Source: Octopus sinensis | Taxonomy: Eukaryota | Reading direction: 5' to 3' | DNA length: 64,000 bases | Assembly: GCF_006345805.1 (NCBI RefSeq) | Contig: NC_043006.1 | Span: 11,470,001-11,534,000 of the forward strand | Shown: positions 52,861 through 64,000 of the stretch, in pieces | Layout: each line of letters starts with the position of its first letter | Numbering within the stretch: position 1 is the stretch's first letter | Notes under the pieces: model-generated | What the model saw: only the letters and a program-made list of their open reading frames with translations | The model's database searches: none | Told to the model about the DNA's origin: nothing | Made by a program: the position numbers and the translations under genes

Positions 52861-53369
52861 AGGAGGAAAACAAAAACGTGAATATCCGGTGGGTCGCGAA
52901 TAGTTAAGTTAAGTTAAGTTAATTTTTGGCTCAAAAAGACAAAAAGCAAGGCCATGTAGGGGGACATAGAGTTATGTACAGGGATGGTGTTCATGCTCTG
53001 CAACCCGGACAGAGAAAGCCCCTCTCCTTCGATTGAGATGAAATCGTCGCAGATAGAGCTGTCAATGTTAAAATTCGAGACGTTAAAATTACACAGGCGA
53101 TAATCTCGCGGAAGTGGAACAACTGTATATGTCGTGAGATAATGTAACAGAACAGCCATTAAATACCGGGCGTCAATTATGTGGTAAATATGTGAAAATA
53201 GTAATGTTGTATGGCTAGCGACTTTGAAGTTAATATGGAAATGACTTTACGACGTTTCTTCACGCACACAGACGCACACCCACCCACACCAGCTCACAGC
53301 CACTCATACATATATACATACTTATGCATATACGTATAAACACATACATGTATACGTCTGTCATAGATA

Positions 53370-53400
<31 letters not shown>

Positions 53401-53536
53401 CTATATGAATAAATAATTTTTTAAGAAGAATACTATTGACAGTGGCTTCGAAGTCTCTGCCAATACTATTCTTGTTAAAGAGTAATAAATATGTACTCTA
53501 GCTTAAGCATTGAGTAATCCTTCAGTTTAATGTAAA

Positions 53537-53539
<3 letters not shown>

Positions 53540-53576
<37 letters not shown>

Positions 53577-53783
53577 TGTGTCTGTGTTTGTTCCCCCAAC
53601 ATTGCTTGACAACCGATGCTGGTGTGTTTACATCCCCGTAACACAGCGGTTCCGCAAAAGAAACCGATAGAATAAGTACTAGGCTTACAAAGAATAAGTC
53701 CTGGAGTCGATTTGCTCGACTAAAGGCGGTGCTCCATCACGGCCACAGTCAAATGACTGAAACAAGTAAAAGAGAGTAAAGAG
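53540..53783 (+). mobile_element. SINE family B, 3' part
   Basis: Body and tail as in other copies. Confidence 0.8.
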
Positions 53784-54073
53784 TATATATATATAATGTA
53801 CTGATCCGTGATAGAAAATTCAACCGAAAATTACCCCATCTGGTGAGAGATAAATATTATTTCATTTAAAGATAATAATAAATGTATAGAGAGATGTACT
53901 TGCATAACAAGTGATTTGATCTGAGATCGTGTGCTGGAACGAAATCAATTGCAGCGTGGAAGGTGTTTGTAAGCAATTTAAGAAACACACAAAAGCCGTT
54001 CGATTCACTTCAACATTTAAGTTTAATTTGTCAAAATATTTTCGTCGCTATAAGACCGCGACCTGTTCACTAA

Positions 54074-54583
54074 TCTATATATATAAAACTGTAGTTGTGT
54101 GAGTGTCTGTCCCCTTCGATTTAGATTCCTAACTACTCCCACATTTTGCGTTGCAGTTTAACCAAATTCGGGTATCTTATAGTCGTGATTCATATCGAGC
54201 CCGTCTGAGTATTAGCGCGCGTCTACGACGAGTCTACGATTTTAAAAATAATTTAACATCATTTTTTATTCCATTTTAATGCATAATTTTTCGTGTGTCG
54301 ATGGCGGCGGAGTTGGCGTCCATGGTCACACCTGCACCTGTTTGCTTCTCCCCCTTCTTCCCTCCCTCGTGAAGCTGTGGGGAAGGGAGTGTAAGGAAAT
54401 CAACGTCGTAAAGCGTTGTCAAGGAGACCAGCGTTCTTTAGAACAACGACTTCATGGTTTGAAGACACCAAAAAAGAAATGGCTAAGAAAGCCCGAATTG
54501 GCATCTATAAGGGAAGTAACTCTCTAAAAATGCTTATATAGTTATTTCCCTTACAAACCCGAGCAACGCCGGGATACTGCTAG
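54074..54583 (+). mobile_element. Non-autonomous Helitron with an extra internal module
   Basis: A|TCTATATATATAAAAC...CCCGAGCAACGCCGGGATACTGCTAG|T; internal module shared with 10960-11200. Confidence 0.88.
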
Positions 54584-54599
54584 TAAATGTATAAAAGCG

Positions 54600-54649
54600 C
54601 TGCTATTAATTTCATACGTTGAGAAAGCTCAAGCATATTCTTCAGGTAA
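54600..54649 (-). ncRNA. Hammerhead ribozyme-like motif with one mismatch in stem I
   Basis: TTAC-CTGAAGA-ATATG(C)TTGAG/CTCAACGTAT-GAAA-TTAA-TA-GCAG. Confidence 0.5.
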
Positions 54650-54852
54650 TTTCAAGAGGTGTCTTCTTAAAATAACATTTCTTCTTGGCATGTGTATACA
54701 AAAGGTAGCAGATTAAGTGATACGGTTTTCATTATTAAAGATGTTCAATAACAAATATAATATACACAAGAAACAAATGCACAATACAGCGAAAAAACTA
54801 CCAGGTCTTATCCATACGATTTACCACCACACACACTCATATACATAACATA

Positions 54853-54890
<38 letters not shown>

Positions 54891-54900
54891 CAAGCATATA

Positions 54901-55770
54901 TCAGGTCAACCCATAAGTTCTGTCCGATTTTACCAAAATTGAATAAAATTTAATAGTGTTTTAGAATGTCTAATGGAATTGAAAATTATTTTTATGCATT
55001 TGTGTACATTTAAACTAATTAAATATTATTTTAAAGAATAATAGAATTAAAATCCCTTTGATTAAAACCTTATATAAACATGGAAGTATCCAAAGAGCAT
55101 TTAAGTCACATAATGCTTTATGAGTACAGAAAAGGAAACTCTGCAGCCGAAGCTACTCGAAACATACACTCAGTCTATGGGAAAGAATGCTTGAATGAAA
55201 GAACTTGCAGAAGATGGTTTGCAAAATTCAGAAGGTGAAGATCGAACAGGACGTCCAGTTGAGTTTTATGAGGCATTACTTGAAGAAAATCCTGCATTAT
55301 CGGTTGAAGAATTGGCAATGAAGCTTAGTTCAAAACATACAACTGTTCATTGTCATCTTCAACAACCTGGAAAGGTTCCTAAACTTTGAACTCATTTCAC
55401 CCTTTTTGGATAGACTTGTGACTGGTGACGAAAAATGGATCTTCTATCGAAATGTTAAACGTCGTAAACAAAGGCTTAGTAAAAGGGAAAAATTTCAACC
55501 ACAACCGAGAAGGGATGTTCAAGGGGAAAAGGTTCTTCTCTCTATCCGGTGGGATTGCAAAGGAGTAATTCACTTTGAATTGTTACCACCTAATGCAACA
55601 ATCAAAGCTCAAGTCTACTGTGAACAATGAGAGCGTTTGAACCAAGCTTTGAAGAAAAAAAGACACGTTTTTGTGAATCGAAAAGGAGTGATTTTTCATC
55701 AGGACAATGCTCGACCCCGCACTGCAAAGATCACATCATAGAAGATCGAAGAGCTGGGTTGGCAAAAAAT
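54901..55770 (+). mobile_element. Mariner transposon, decayed and cut by the assembly gap
   Basis: Left end TA|TCAGGTCAACCCATAAG; ATG at 55080 MEVSKEHLSHIMLYEYRKGNSAAEATRNI; GDEKW and HQDNARP motifs. Confidence 0.88.
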
Positions 55771-55870
55771 NNNNNNNNNNNNNNNNNNNNNNNNNNNNNN
55801 NNNNNNNNNNNNNNNNNNNNNNNNNNNNNNNNNNNNNNNNNNNNNNNNNNNNNNNNNNNNNNNNNNNNNN
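55771..55870. other. Assembly gap (100 N)
   Basis: Run of n. Confidence 1.
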
Positions 55871-56425
55871 GGCATCAGATGAAAAGTTAATGTCTTACAC
55901 TTGCCAACCAATGAAATATACGTCTATTCATGGTAGTGAGGAAGTAGTGGGGCTGCTTTTAGAAATGAATAGTTCATACCCAGCTGTAATTGAAGGTCTA
56001 GTGATTGGTTAGAGTGTCGGCTCACAACCATAAGGTCGTGAGATCATTCCTGGAGCGGATAGCTTGTTGTGCCTTTGAGCAAAGCACTTCATTTGAACTC
56101 AGCTGTAATGGGTACTGGTTCAAATTTCGCCGCGGTCGACTTTGCCTTTCGTCCTTTCGGGGTCGATAAATTAAACACCAGTGAAACACTAGGGTCCATG
56201 TAATCGACTAGTCCCCTCCTCCAAATTTCAGGCGCTGTGCCTATAGTAGAAAGGATTATTGATACGGAGGAATTATTAACCCATTATCCTTTCTCCCTTT
56301 TTTTAAAGTTTATTTGTTAGCCGAGGAGGCGTAATTTATAATAAACAGACTTATATCTATTTATTATTAATATATATGTCTATAAATACACACACACACA
56401 CACACACACACACATAAATACACAC

Positions 56426-56466
<41 letters not shown>

Positions 56467-56467
56467 T

Positions 56468-56841
56468 AGGAGTGGCTGTGTGGTAAGTAGCTTGTTTACC
56501 AACCACATGGTTCCGGGTTCAGTCCCACTGCGTGGCCACCTTGGGCAAGTGTCTTCTACTATAGCCTCGGGCCGACCAAAGCCTTGTGAGTGGATTTGGT
56601 AGACGGAAACTGAAAGAAGCCCGTCGTATATATGTTTTATATATATATATATATATATATGTGGTGTGTGGGTGTGTGGTGTGTGTGTGTGTGTGGTGTA
56701 TGTTGTGTGTCTGTGTCTACGTCCCCGTCACTTAGCGGTTCGGCAAAAGAGACCGATAGAATAAGTACTGGGCTTACAAAAAGAATAAGCATGGCCGTAG
56801 TCAAATGACTGAAACAAGTAAAAGAGCAAAAGAGTAAAAGA

Positions 56842-56842
<1 letters not shown>
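56468..56842 (+). mobile_element. SINE family B
   Basis: Head to tail, with a small internal deletion. Confidence 0.85.
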
Positions 56843-56893
<51 letters not shown>

Positions 56894-57481
56894 GGTATAG
56901 ACTACAAAGATACTTTTAAAAATCACCTTAAGATTATTATTTTGTTGAAAATTATATTTGAGTTAAAAGATTACTGTCTGTAAGTGTGACAAGATTATAT
57001 ATAAAAAAAACAATATTAGTTTCTTTATATTTATATACACGTCTCTCTCTCTATGTATGTATGTATATATATATATATATATAAAATTAATTAAGGGTAG
57101 AAATTGATATTAGTCAATTAAAACCAGTGGTCTAGCATATTAAAGAGAATCTGAAGATTAAAATATTTATATAAACCAATTAAGGACTGAACACGAAAAG
57201 TGGACAGTCAACATGCTAGATATAGACGTCAGATCGCCATTCTCCACAAAGAGTATGTTCTCAAATAAAAACTCAGCGCAAAACCATATATATATATATA
57301 CACACACACACATAGTTTTCGTCTACTAAATACACTCACAAAGCATTGGTGAATTTGGAGCTATCACAGAAGACACATTTTCCCAAAGATTTACGCTGTA
57401 AGGTTGAACCCGAAAGCATATGGTTGGAAAATAATCTTCTTATCCACCCTGCTTTGCCTGCACCCATACATATATATATAG

Positions 57482-57514
<33 letters not shown>

Positions 57515-57930
57515 CAGATTATAATTTATATTATATATATATTAGCAATTTTTACATATATTGCAAAACGGATAAAAGAAATTGATTTCACACTGGCTGA
57601 TATAAAAGTCTGGATTGATATGAAATATATAGCAATATAAATTTAAATTCAGCCTTCTGTTCAAATACACTTTAAGTCGAACATATTGATATCCATTCTG
57701 TATAATATAAGCACCATTATGAGTAAAAACTAAATTATTTATAAAGCGTATAGATATCATGTGTAGGTTTTATGATCTCATGAGAGCCAGCAGGAGATTA
57801 GTATTGTTGATAAATACCTAGCACCAAATAATATATATATTTACTCTGTACCAAAAAGATTACAATATTGGGGCAAGAACGTTAATAAGATACGAAGCCA
57901 AAAGAAAACAAAAACAATATATATATATAA

Positions 57931-57973
<43 letters not shown>

Positions 57974-58349
57974 TATATATATATATATATATCTATATAT
58001 ATATTTCTTCTCGATAGTTTCTGACTTAGCTGCTGATATGTTTTTTTTTTCTTTTAGAAAGCAAATATGTAGCATCATTAAATATGGAGGAATTATGATA
58101 CGCTGAAAATATTACTCTTCCTGAAAGAAACTAGTAGAATTTTCTTGAAAGCCTATAAAAACGGACAGAGACATCGATATGTAGATAGAGATGTCTATCT
58201 GTTTGTATAAACAGACACATCTCTTAGTTAGTACAGACAGATAGTATCTCTACTAGTGCAGATTGCCAGGTTTATCTTTTTCGTACAGTCCAGTGTTTCT
58301 CAATCATTTTTTTTTCTATGGACCCCTTTTATTCCTATTTTACACGGAT

Positions 58350-58775
58350 GGAGAATCTTTTCGGTTTGAACGGCAGTTTTTAACATAATTTCTAGGTAAC
58401 TAAAAAATTTTAAACTTCGTATACTGGTAGAATGTGTTTATAAAGCATCTTTTTCTCTTGGCTTTATTGAGAAAATTCTGTGGTTTGTTAGATATTTGTT
58501 TTCTTTAATTTCTGCAATTTCAACCAATCACTGACGTCTATTGAGGTAAAAAACATTCTGTGCCGTATGAATATGTCCCTCGTTTAAGAAACAGATTGGG
58601 TTTATTTACATTTGTGAAGAAAAAAGATACCCTTCCCCCCACCCCTAACTCTAACCCTAACCCTAACCCTAAAACAGATTGAAATGCAATAGATCGATAC
58701 TAGCGTCATAACTATGGGTGACAATTTCATATGACACCGTTAGAAAAAACTGCCGTTCAAACCGAAAAGATCCCC
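58350..58775. mobile_element. MITE with ~27-bp TIRs containing telomere-type (CCCTAA)n
   Basis: ATCTTTTCGGTTTGAACGGCAGTTTTT inverted at 58745-58771; five CCCTAA-like units at 58643-58672. Confidence 0.75.
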
Positions 58776-58834
58776 GATGGACCCTCATAACCATTCGATG
58801 TTTAAAACAATCATATTACATTATTATAATTAAA

Positions 58835-59217
58835 ATAGCAGCATCGCCCGGCATTGCTCGGGTTTGTAAGGGAAATAACTATAAAGCATTTTTAGATAGT
58901 TATAGCCAAAATATAGCAAAAAAATGGGAAAAAAATTATGGTAAATTTTTTTGAGTTAAAAAGGTGGAGTTGCGTCCCCTAAACAGTCTGTGGTTTGTGT
59001 TTCTGATTCTCGACCCCATGTCGAATTTATCGATTTTTTTCAGAACTGGGGGAACTTTTCAAAATTTTCGCTGCGTTAGTTTTGAATTATGACATTGGGC
59101 TATGTGTGTGTGTCAAGTTTCATCAGAATCGGTTGAAAGCCGTGGTCAGGGTGAGGGTACAACCAAACAGACACACAGAAACACACACAGACAAACTGCC
59201 GTTTATATAGAGAGAGA
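58835..59217 (-). mobile_element. Chimeric non-autonomous Helitron
   Basis: 5' end like the 10114 family (TATATAAACGGCA), 3' ~60 bp like the 15162 family; between A and T. Confidence 0.75.
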
Positions 59218-59904
59218 TATTATTAGGAACTGAATAATAAAAATTGCAAAAATAGTTTGTATATTGGAGAAGTATAACCGATTACTTGCAGATAAATTGT
59301 AACTACAAAATTTTGCGTGGACAACCAAGGGTCTTATGGACCCCGTTTGAGAACGACTGATATAGGCAGACATGCCTATCTACTGATATAGATAAGCAGC
59401 TGTATCTGCTGGTACAAGAAAGACATTTCTATTTACTGCTGGTATTTTAAAACTGATAGACATAGGCATTTTTAGACCTAAAAGAGTTCAACCATGGCAG
59501 ATTTCTTCTAGAACGCGAGACATGCAGACGATAGAGAGAAAGAAGGAAAATAAACAACAGCAGTACAAGACTGATACTTCATTTATCAGAGAAATATATT
59601 AATGAAAGGTATAGACGGATTCGTGGGGATTCGACCTCGAAGAACAGACAGAAATACTGTATGCGAATCTATCCGATTCTTATTATGAGATAGTTGTCGA
59701 AGTACCAATAAATTTATTGGTAGGGTGTGATTTCGAGCTGATTTGATGCTTATTTTTGGTAGTTTGGAAGACCCAGTGGAAGCATCCTCGTTAGCTCTTT
59801 ATAAATCCGGGTTACATTGGGGTTGTCTCAGTTCATTCAGTAATTTACTCTACAATAATGGATTCTTTTACCTTCTTTTGTTTGTTTTAGTCGTAGCACA
59901 GCGG

Positions 59905-60077
59905 CCGAGTTGGGGTACCGCCTTGAAGGATTTTAGTCGAAGAAGCAGACCCCAGGGCTTATGTTTCTTTTTATGTCTAGTATTTATTTAGTCATTTTGC
60001 TGAACTGCTAAGTCATGGTGACCTATGCAAACTAGAACTGGTTGTCGAGTGGTAGAAGAATCTATTTCTCTCTCTCT

Positions 60078-60133
<56 letters not shown>

Positions 60134-60300
60134 TATACGACGAGTTTCCACACAATTTCTGTTTCTGTCTTCTAAATTCACTCACAAAGCATTGTTCGAT
60201 CCGGGGGCATAGTAGAAGATAGTTACTCTTAGTGCCACTCAGTAGAATGAACCCGAAACCCCATAGATCCAAAAATCAAGCTTCTTAACCACTCAACCAT
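59905..60300 (-). mobile_element. SINE family B, diverged
   Basis: Recognisable tail, body and head remnants. Confidence 0.6.
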
Positions 60301-60412
60301 GGATGCGTAAGGAACAAAAGAAATAGAAAAGCCAGAAATTTTAGGAAAATATTGGAATAAATTCGTTTCAATGGTTTCAAAGCATTGAATTTAATTATAT
60401 ATTGAAAAATAA

Positions 60413-60647
60413 GGCGGCGAGCTGGCAGAATCGTTAGCATGCTGGGCGAAATACGTAGCCATATTTCGTCTGCCGTTACGTTCTGAGTTCAAATTCCGCC
60501 GAGGTCGACTTTGCCTTTCATCCTTTCGGGGTCGATAAATTAAGTACCAGTTACGCATTGGGGTCGATATAATCGATTTAATCCCTTTGTCTGTCCTTGT
60601 TTGTCCCCTCTGTGTTTAGCCCCTTGTGGGTAGTAAAGAAATAGGTA
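60413..60647 (+). mobile_element. SINE family A monomer
   Basis: One head plus one unit. Confidence 0.88.
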
Positions 60648-60988
60648 TAGATCCAAAATAGGCAAAGTTTTGTTCAGTGTCATTTCATTTTCCTTGAAAT
60701 AACATAGGCGTGTGACTAAGAAGTTTGCTTCTCAAACACAAGTGGTTTGGAGTTCGATTTCATTGTGTGGAGCCTTCAGTAGATCTCTTTTACTCGGGTC
60801 CACCAAATCCTCGGAAGTGAAATTTGATAGAATGAATATATACAAGGTGATCCGAAAGTCATTCACAAAATAAGTTCAAGCTCCGGTATTGTCAAAGACA
60901 TGCTTCAATTTCTCTTAAATTGAATAAAAGAAAAAAAAATATAATGATGATGACTACACACGTATTTGTACATGACGAACAAAGTGAC

Positions 60989-61065
<77 letters not shown>

Positions 61066-61141
61066 CATACAATAGATAAAATGTCATATGTTTAAGTGCA
61101 TGTCTTTCAGCCCACATTATATATATATATATGTATGTATG

Positions 61142-61173
<32 letters not shown>

Positions 61174-61215
61174 ACAATAATAAATCTCTGAGCGAGATAT
61201 AAACAGTAACTGCTC

Positions 61216-61643
61216 TATAACATAAGGGGGATCAGCCATCTGAATGTGGCTAGGGACAGGGCGGGGTAGTGGGGGTGTTACTGATGCATTTAGCCCCAGG
61301 CGATCATCAACGTCACCAGAAGGGCTGACACCATCTCGGTGTCCTTGCCAGCCTGCAAAGGGAGATCAGCCTCCCCGAAGATACGGATACTACATACGGA
61401 CCGGTTACGAGGTATTTGCCTCTTATCAACGTATGGTAAGCACCGTTCTTCGTTGAGGGACTCACTCTACAAGCTGGATATATATGGATTTTCACAGTAA
61501 CCACAGTCACTGATGTAGAAAAACCGTTCATGGTGTCAGCCCTTCTGGTGACGTCGATGATCGCCTGGGGCTAAATGCATCAGTAACACCCTCACTACCC
61601 CGCCCTGTCCCTAGCCACATTCAGATGGCTGATCCCCCTTATG

Positions 61644-61648
<5 letters not shown>
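61216..61648. mobile_element. Young fold-back element with 119-bp GC-rich arms, abutting (TA)n
   Basis: 61216-61334 and 61530-61648 are reverse complements with two mismatches. Confidence 0.85.
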
Positions 61649-61683
<35 letters not shown>

Positions 61684-61987
61684 ATATATATATTCATGTA
61701 TGTATGTATGTATGTATGTATGTATGTATGTATGTATGTATGTATGTATGTATGCATGTATGGTGATCCCGTCGTTTACTAGAAGATGGTTGGGGGTTCG
61801 CTTCCCTGGTTGCAATATATGCCAGGTGCAGATTACATCGATAACCAGCTGGAGGTGGTTCTTCCTGGCGTTAAAAACGGTTGTAACGTCGAACATCTAT
61901 ATTGATGTGGTGATAAACATTACTTTTTCTCTTCTCTCTCTCTCTCTCTTTTTCTCTCTCTCTCTCTTTCTTTCTCTCTCTCTCTCT

Positions 61988-62038
<51 letters not shown>

Positions 62039-62546
62039 TATATATGTGTGTGTGTGTATATAGGGAAAGTTTACGAAAAATCAAAAGACGAAGACTGGTG
62101 GTGTACAAGACAAATAGATGTATTAGTATAACGCTCAGGAATAGAAAAAGTCTTTTACATTTCGAGCCTACGCTCCTCTACAGAAAGGGACACAGAAAAA
62201 ACAAGGAAGAAGCAAGGAGAGAAAAACGTGTGTAGTGGCTAACGATCCATCATGGCGAGTATGTATATATATATATATATTATATATATATATATATACT
62301 CGAAGTCTGTACAAACTAACCGGTCCAGACTCTATTTACGCAGATACTCTAACAACGATGTAGAGTAGTTTGTTTTAAATATAACTCGAGTCGAAAATTC
62401 TGGGACCTTGCATCGCTCTTAGCGTAACACTACACACACAGGCATACACACACAATTAAGTACCAGAAAAACCCGAGGTCTATTTAATAAACTGTATCTC
62501 CCAAAGTCTGTAACCTTGTGCTTTAGTTCATTATCTATCTGTTTAC

Positions 62547-62624
<78 letters not shown>

Positions 62625-63507
62625 GTCTGTCTATCTATCTTCCTTTTACTTAATGCACAGGTGTCACGTTGGTTCATGTGACTATCTCGAGATTGATTAA
62701 ATTAGGAGACAGTAAAGAAATTGTTCCTAAAAGCAAGCGGTAATCAATAATAATCTATCTTACGAATTTTAAGATTTTCTAGTGAACAGTTAAAGGTTAA
62801 TAAGGCAAGTTTAATTTCTAGTGTTTTAATCGATAAATAGTTATCGCTTCTGATAGATGGAAGTACTTAGCAAAGCGAAATCAATAATCGACATTGTGTT
62901 ATTAATTTGGATAATTCCTTCGATTGTGTTAGAGTATTTTTCAATTAAAGGAACGAAAGCTACATTTAAGATTACACCGTGTAGCACGATCTCTGTCCTT
63001 GGGTAACAACTGTTATTTCCTGTTTGCTGGATCGATTCCACTTTAAGACAACTTGGGCAAATGTCATTTTCTATGGCGTCGGGTCTGTCCATAACTTTGT
63101 GTGGGGAAACTGGGTAGACGGAAACTAAATAGAGGATTGTCGGGTGGGTTACACCTGTAATTCATAAGAGACAGCTTTGTCACACTTTGTGTCATGCTAA
63201 ATATGCCTGAGGACTCGGCATATGTTATAAAAGTTGAATGACATAGATTAAGTGACCAGAAATGATTGCTTTGTGAGTTGATGGGTATTATTTACTAAAC
63301 AGAGGAAATCTATTGCATGTTATTATTTACGGGTGTTACAGGGCGAAATGCTTTGCGGTATTTCACCTGTCTTTGCCTTTCATCCTTTCGGGGTTTATAA
63401 AATTAGTACCAGTTGCATACTGGGGTCGATCTAATCGACTGGCCCCCGCCACCAAAATTTCAGGCTTTGTGCCTAGAGTAGAAAAGAATATGTGCGGGTG
63501 TTTATAA

Positions 63508-64000
63508 GGCGACGAGCTGGCAGAAACGTTAGCACGCCGGGCGAAATGCTTTGCGGTATTTCGTCTGCCGCTACGTTGTGAGTTCAAATTCCGCCAAGGT
63601 CGACTTTGCCTTTCATCCTTTCGGGGTCGATAAATTAAGTACCAGTGACCCACTGGCGTCGATGTAATCGACTTAATCCGTTTGTCTGTCCTTGTTTATC
63701 CCCTCTATGTTTAGCCCCTTGTGAGTAATAAAGAAATAGGTATTTCGACTGCCGCTACGTTCTGAGTTCAAATTCCGCCGAGGTCGACTTTGCCTTTCAT
63801 CCTTTCGGGGTCGATTAAATAAGTTCGAGTTACGCACTGGGGTCGGTATAATCGACTTAATCCGTTTGTCTGTCCTTGTTTGTCCCCTCCGTATTTAGCT
63901 CCTTGTGGGTAGTAAAGAAATAGGTATTTCGTCTGTCTTTACGTGCTGAGTTCAAATTCCGCCGAGATCGACTTTGCCTTTCATCCTTACGGGGTCGATT
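63508..64000 (+). mobile_element. SINE family A multimer (3 or more units, runs off the window)
   Basis: Head GGCGACGAGCTGGCAGAAACGTT followed by tandem units. Confidence 0.88.

Larger units (their letters stand above)
58291..59359. mobile_element. hAT-type MITE hosting a nested MITE and a Helitron
   Basis: TIRs CAGTGTTTCTCAA / TTGAGAACGACTG with subterminal ATGGACCCC; flanks GTACAGTC / ATATAGGC (5/8 match). Confidence 0.55.

Noticed and set aside
55627-56012. ORFs spanning the N run
   Set aside because: Artefacts of the assembly gap; the sequences on the two sides are unrelated.
62841-63092. 83-aa minus-strand ORF
   Set aside because: Starts within a decayed SINE, has no recognisable domain and weak splice signals.

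Overview
AT-rich, microsatellite-dense animal DNA, most likely octopus (inferred from recalled repeat families, not database-checked). There is one 100-N gap at 55771-55870, and many single-base drop-outs suggest long-read consensus errors. Most ORF-track entries are translations of microsatellites. (1) A small multi-exon minus-strand gene is absent from the ORF track. Three strong phase-1 exons (9884-9961, 6581-6649, 3947-3991) splice into MPQIYNRIIFLELFFILLPILSAIYTVKA-EDDAEDILGQMIN-KR-NSWWS-KK-SFPLTEDYP..., a signal peptide plus acidic spacer plus dibasic-flanked peptide, i.e. a neuropeptide-like precursor I cannot assign to a named family. A candidate CRE/TATA/Inr promoter and non-coding first exon lie about 35 kb upstream (45225-45350). 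(2) A young Penelope-like (Naiad-type) RT/GIY-YIG retroelement has ~790-bp inverted terminal copies, each carrying a hammerhead ribozyme. Separate small non-coding hammerhead and fold-back elements, mostly beside (TA)n, are scattered through the window. (3) Microsatellite-associated non-LTR elements include a Tx1/L1 in (ATCT)n with an apparent ~75-110 bp target duplication and R4/Dong-like elements in (TAA)n or with a (GAA)n tail. (4) The rest comprises four mariner-family copies, modular non-autonomous Helitrons, hAT-type MITEs with nested cargo and several tRNA-derived SINE families, one of which forms head-to-tail multimers.
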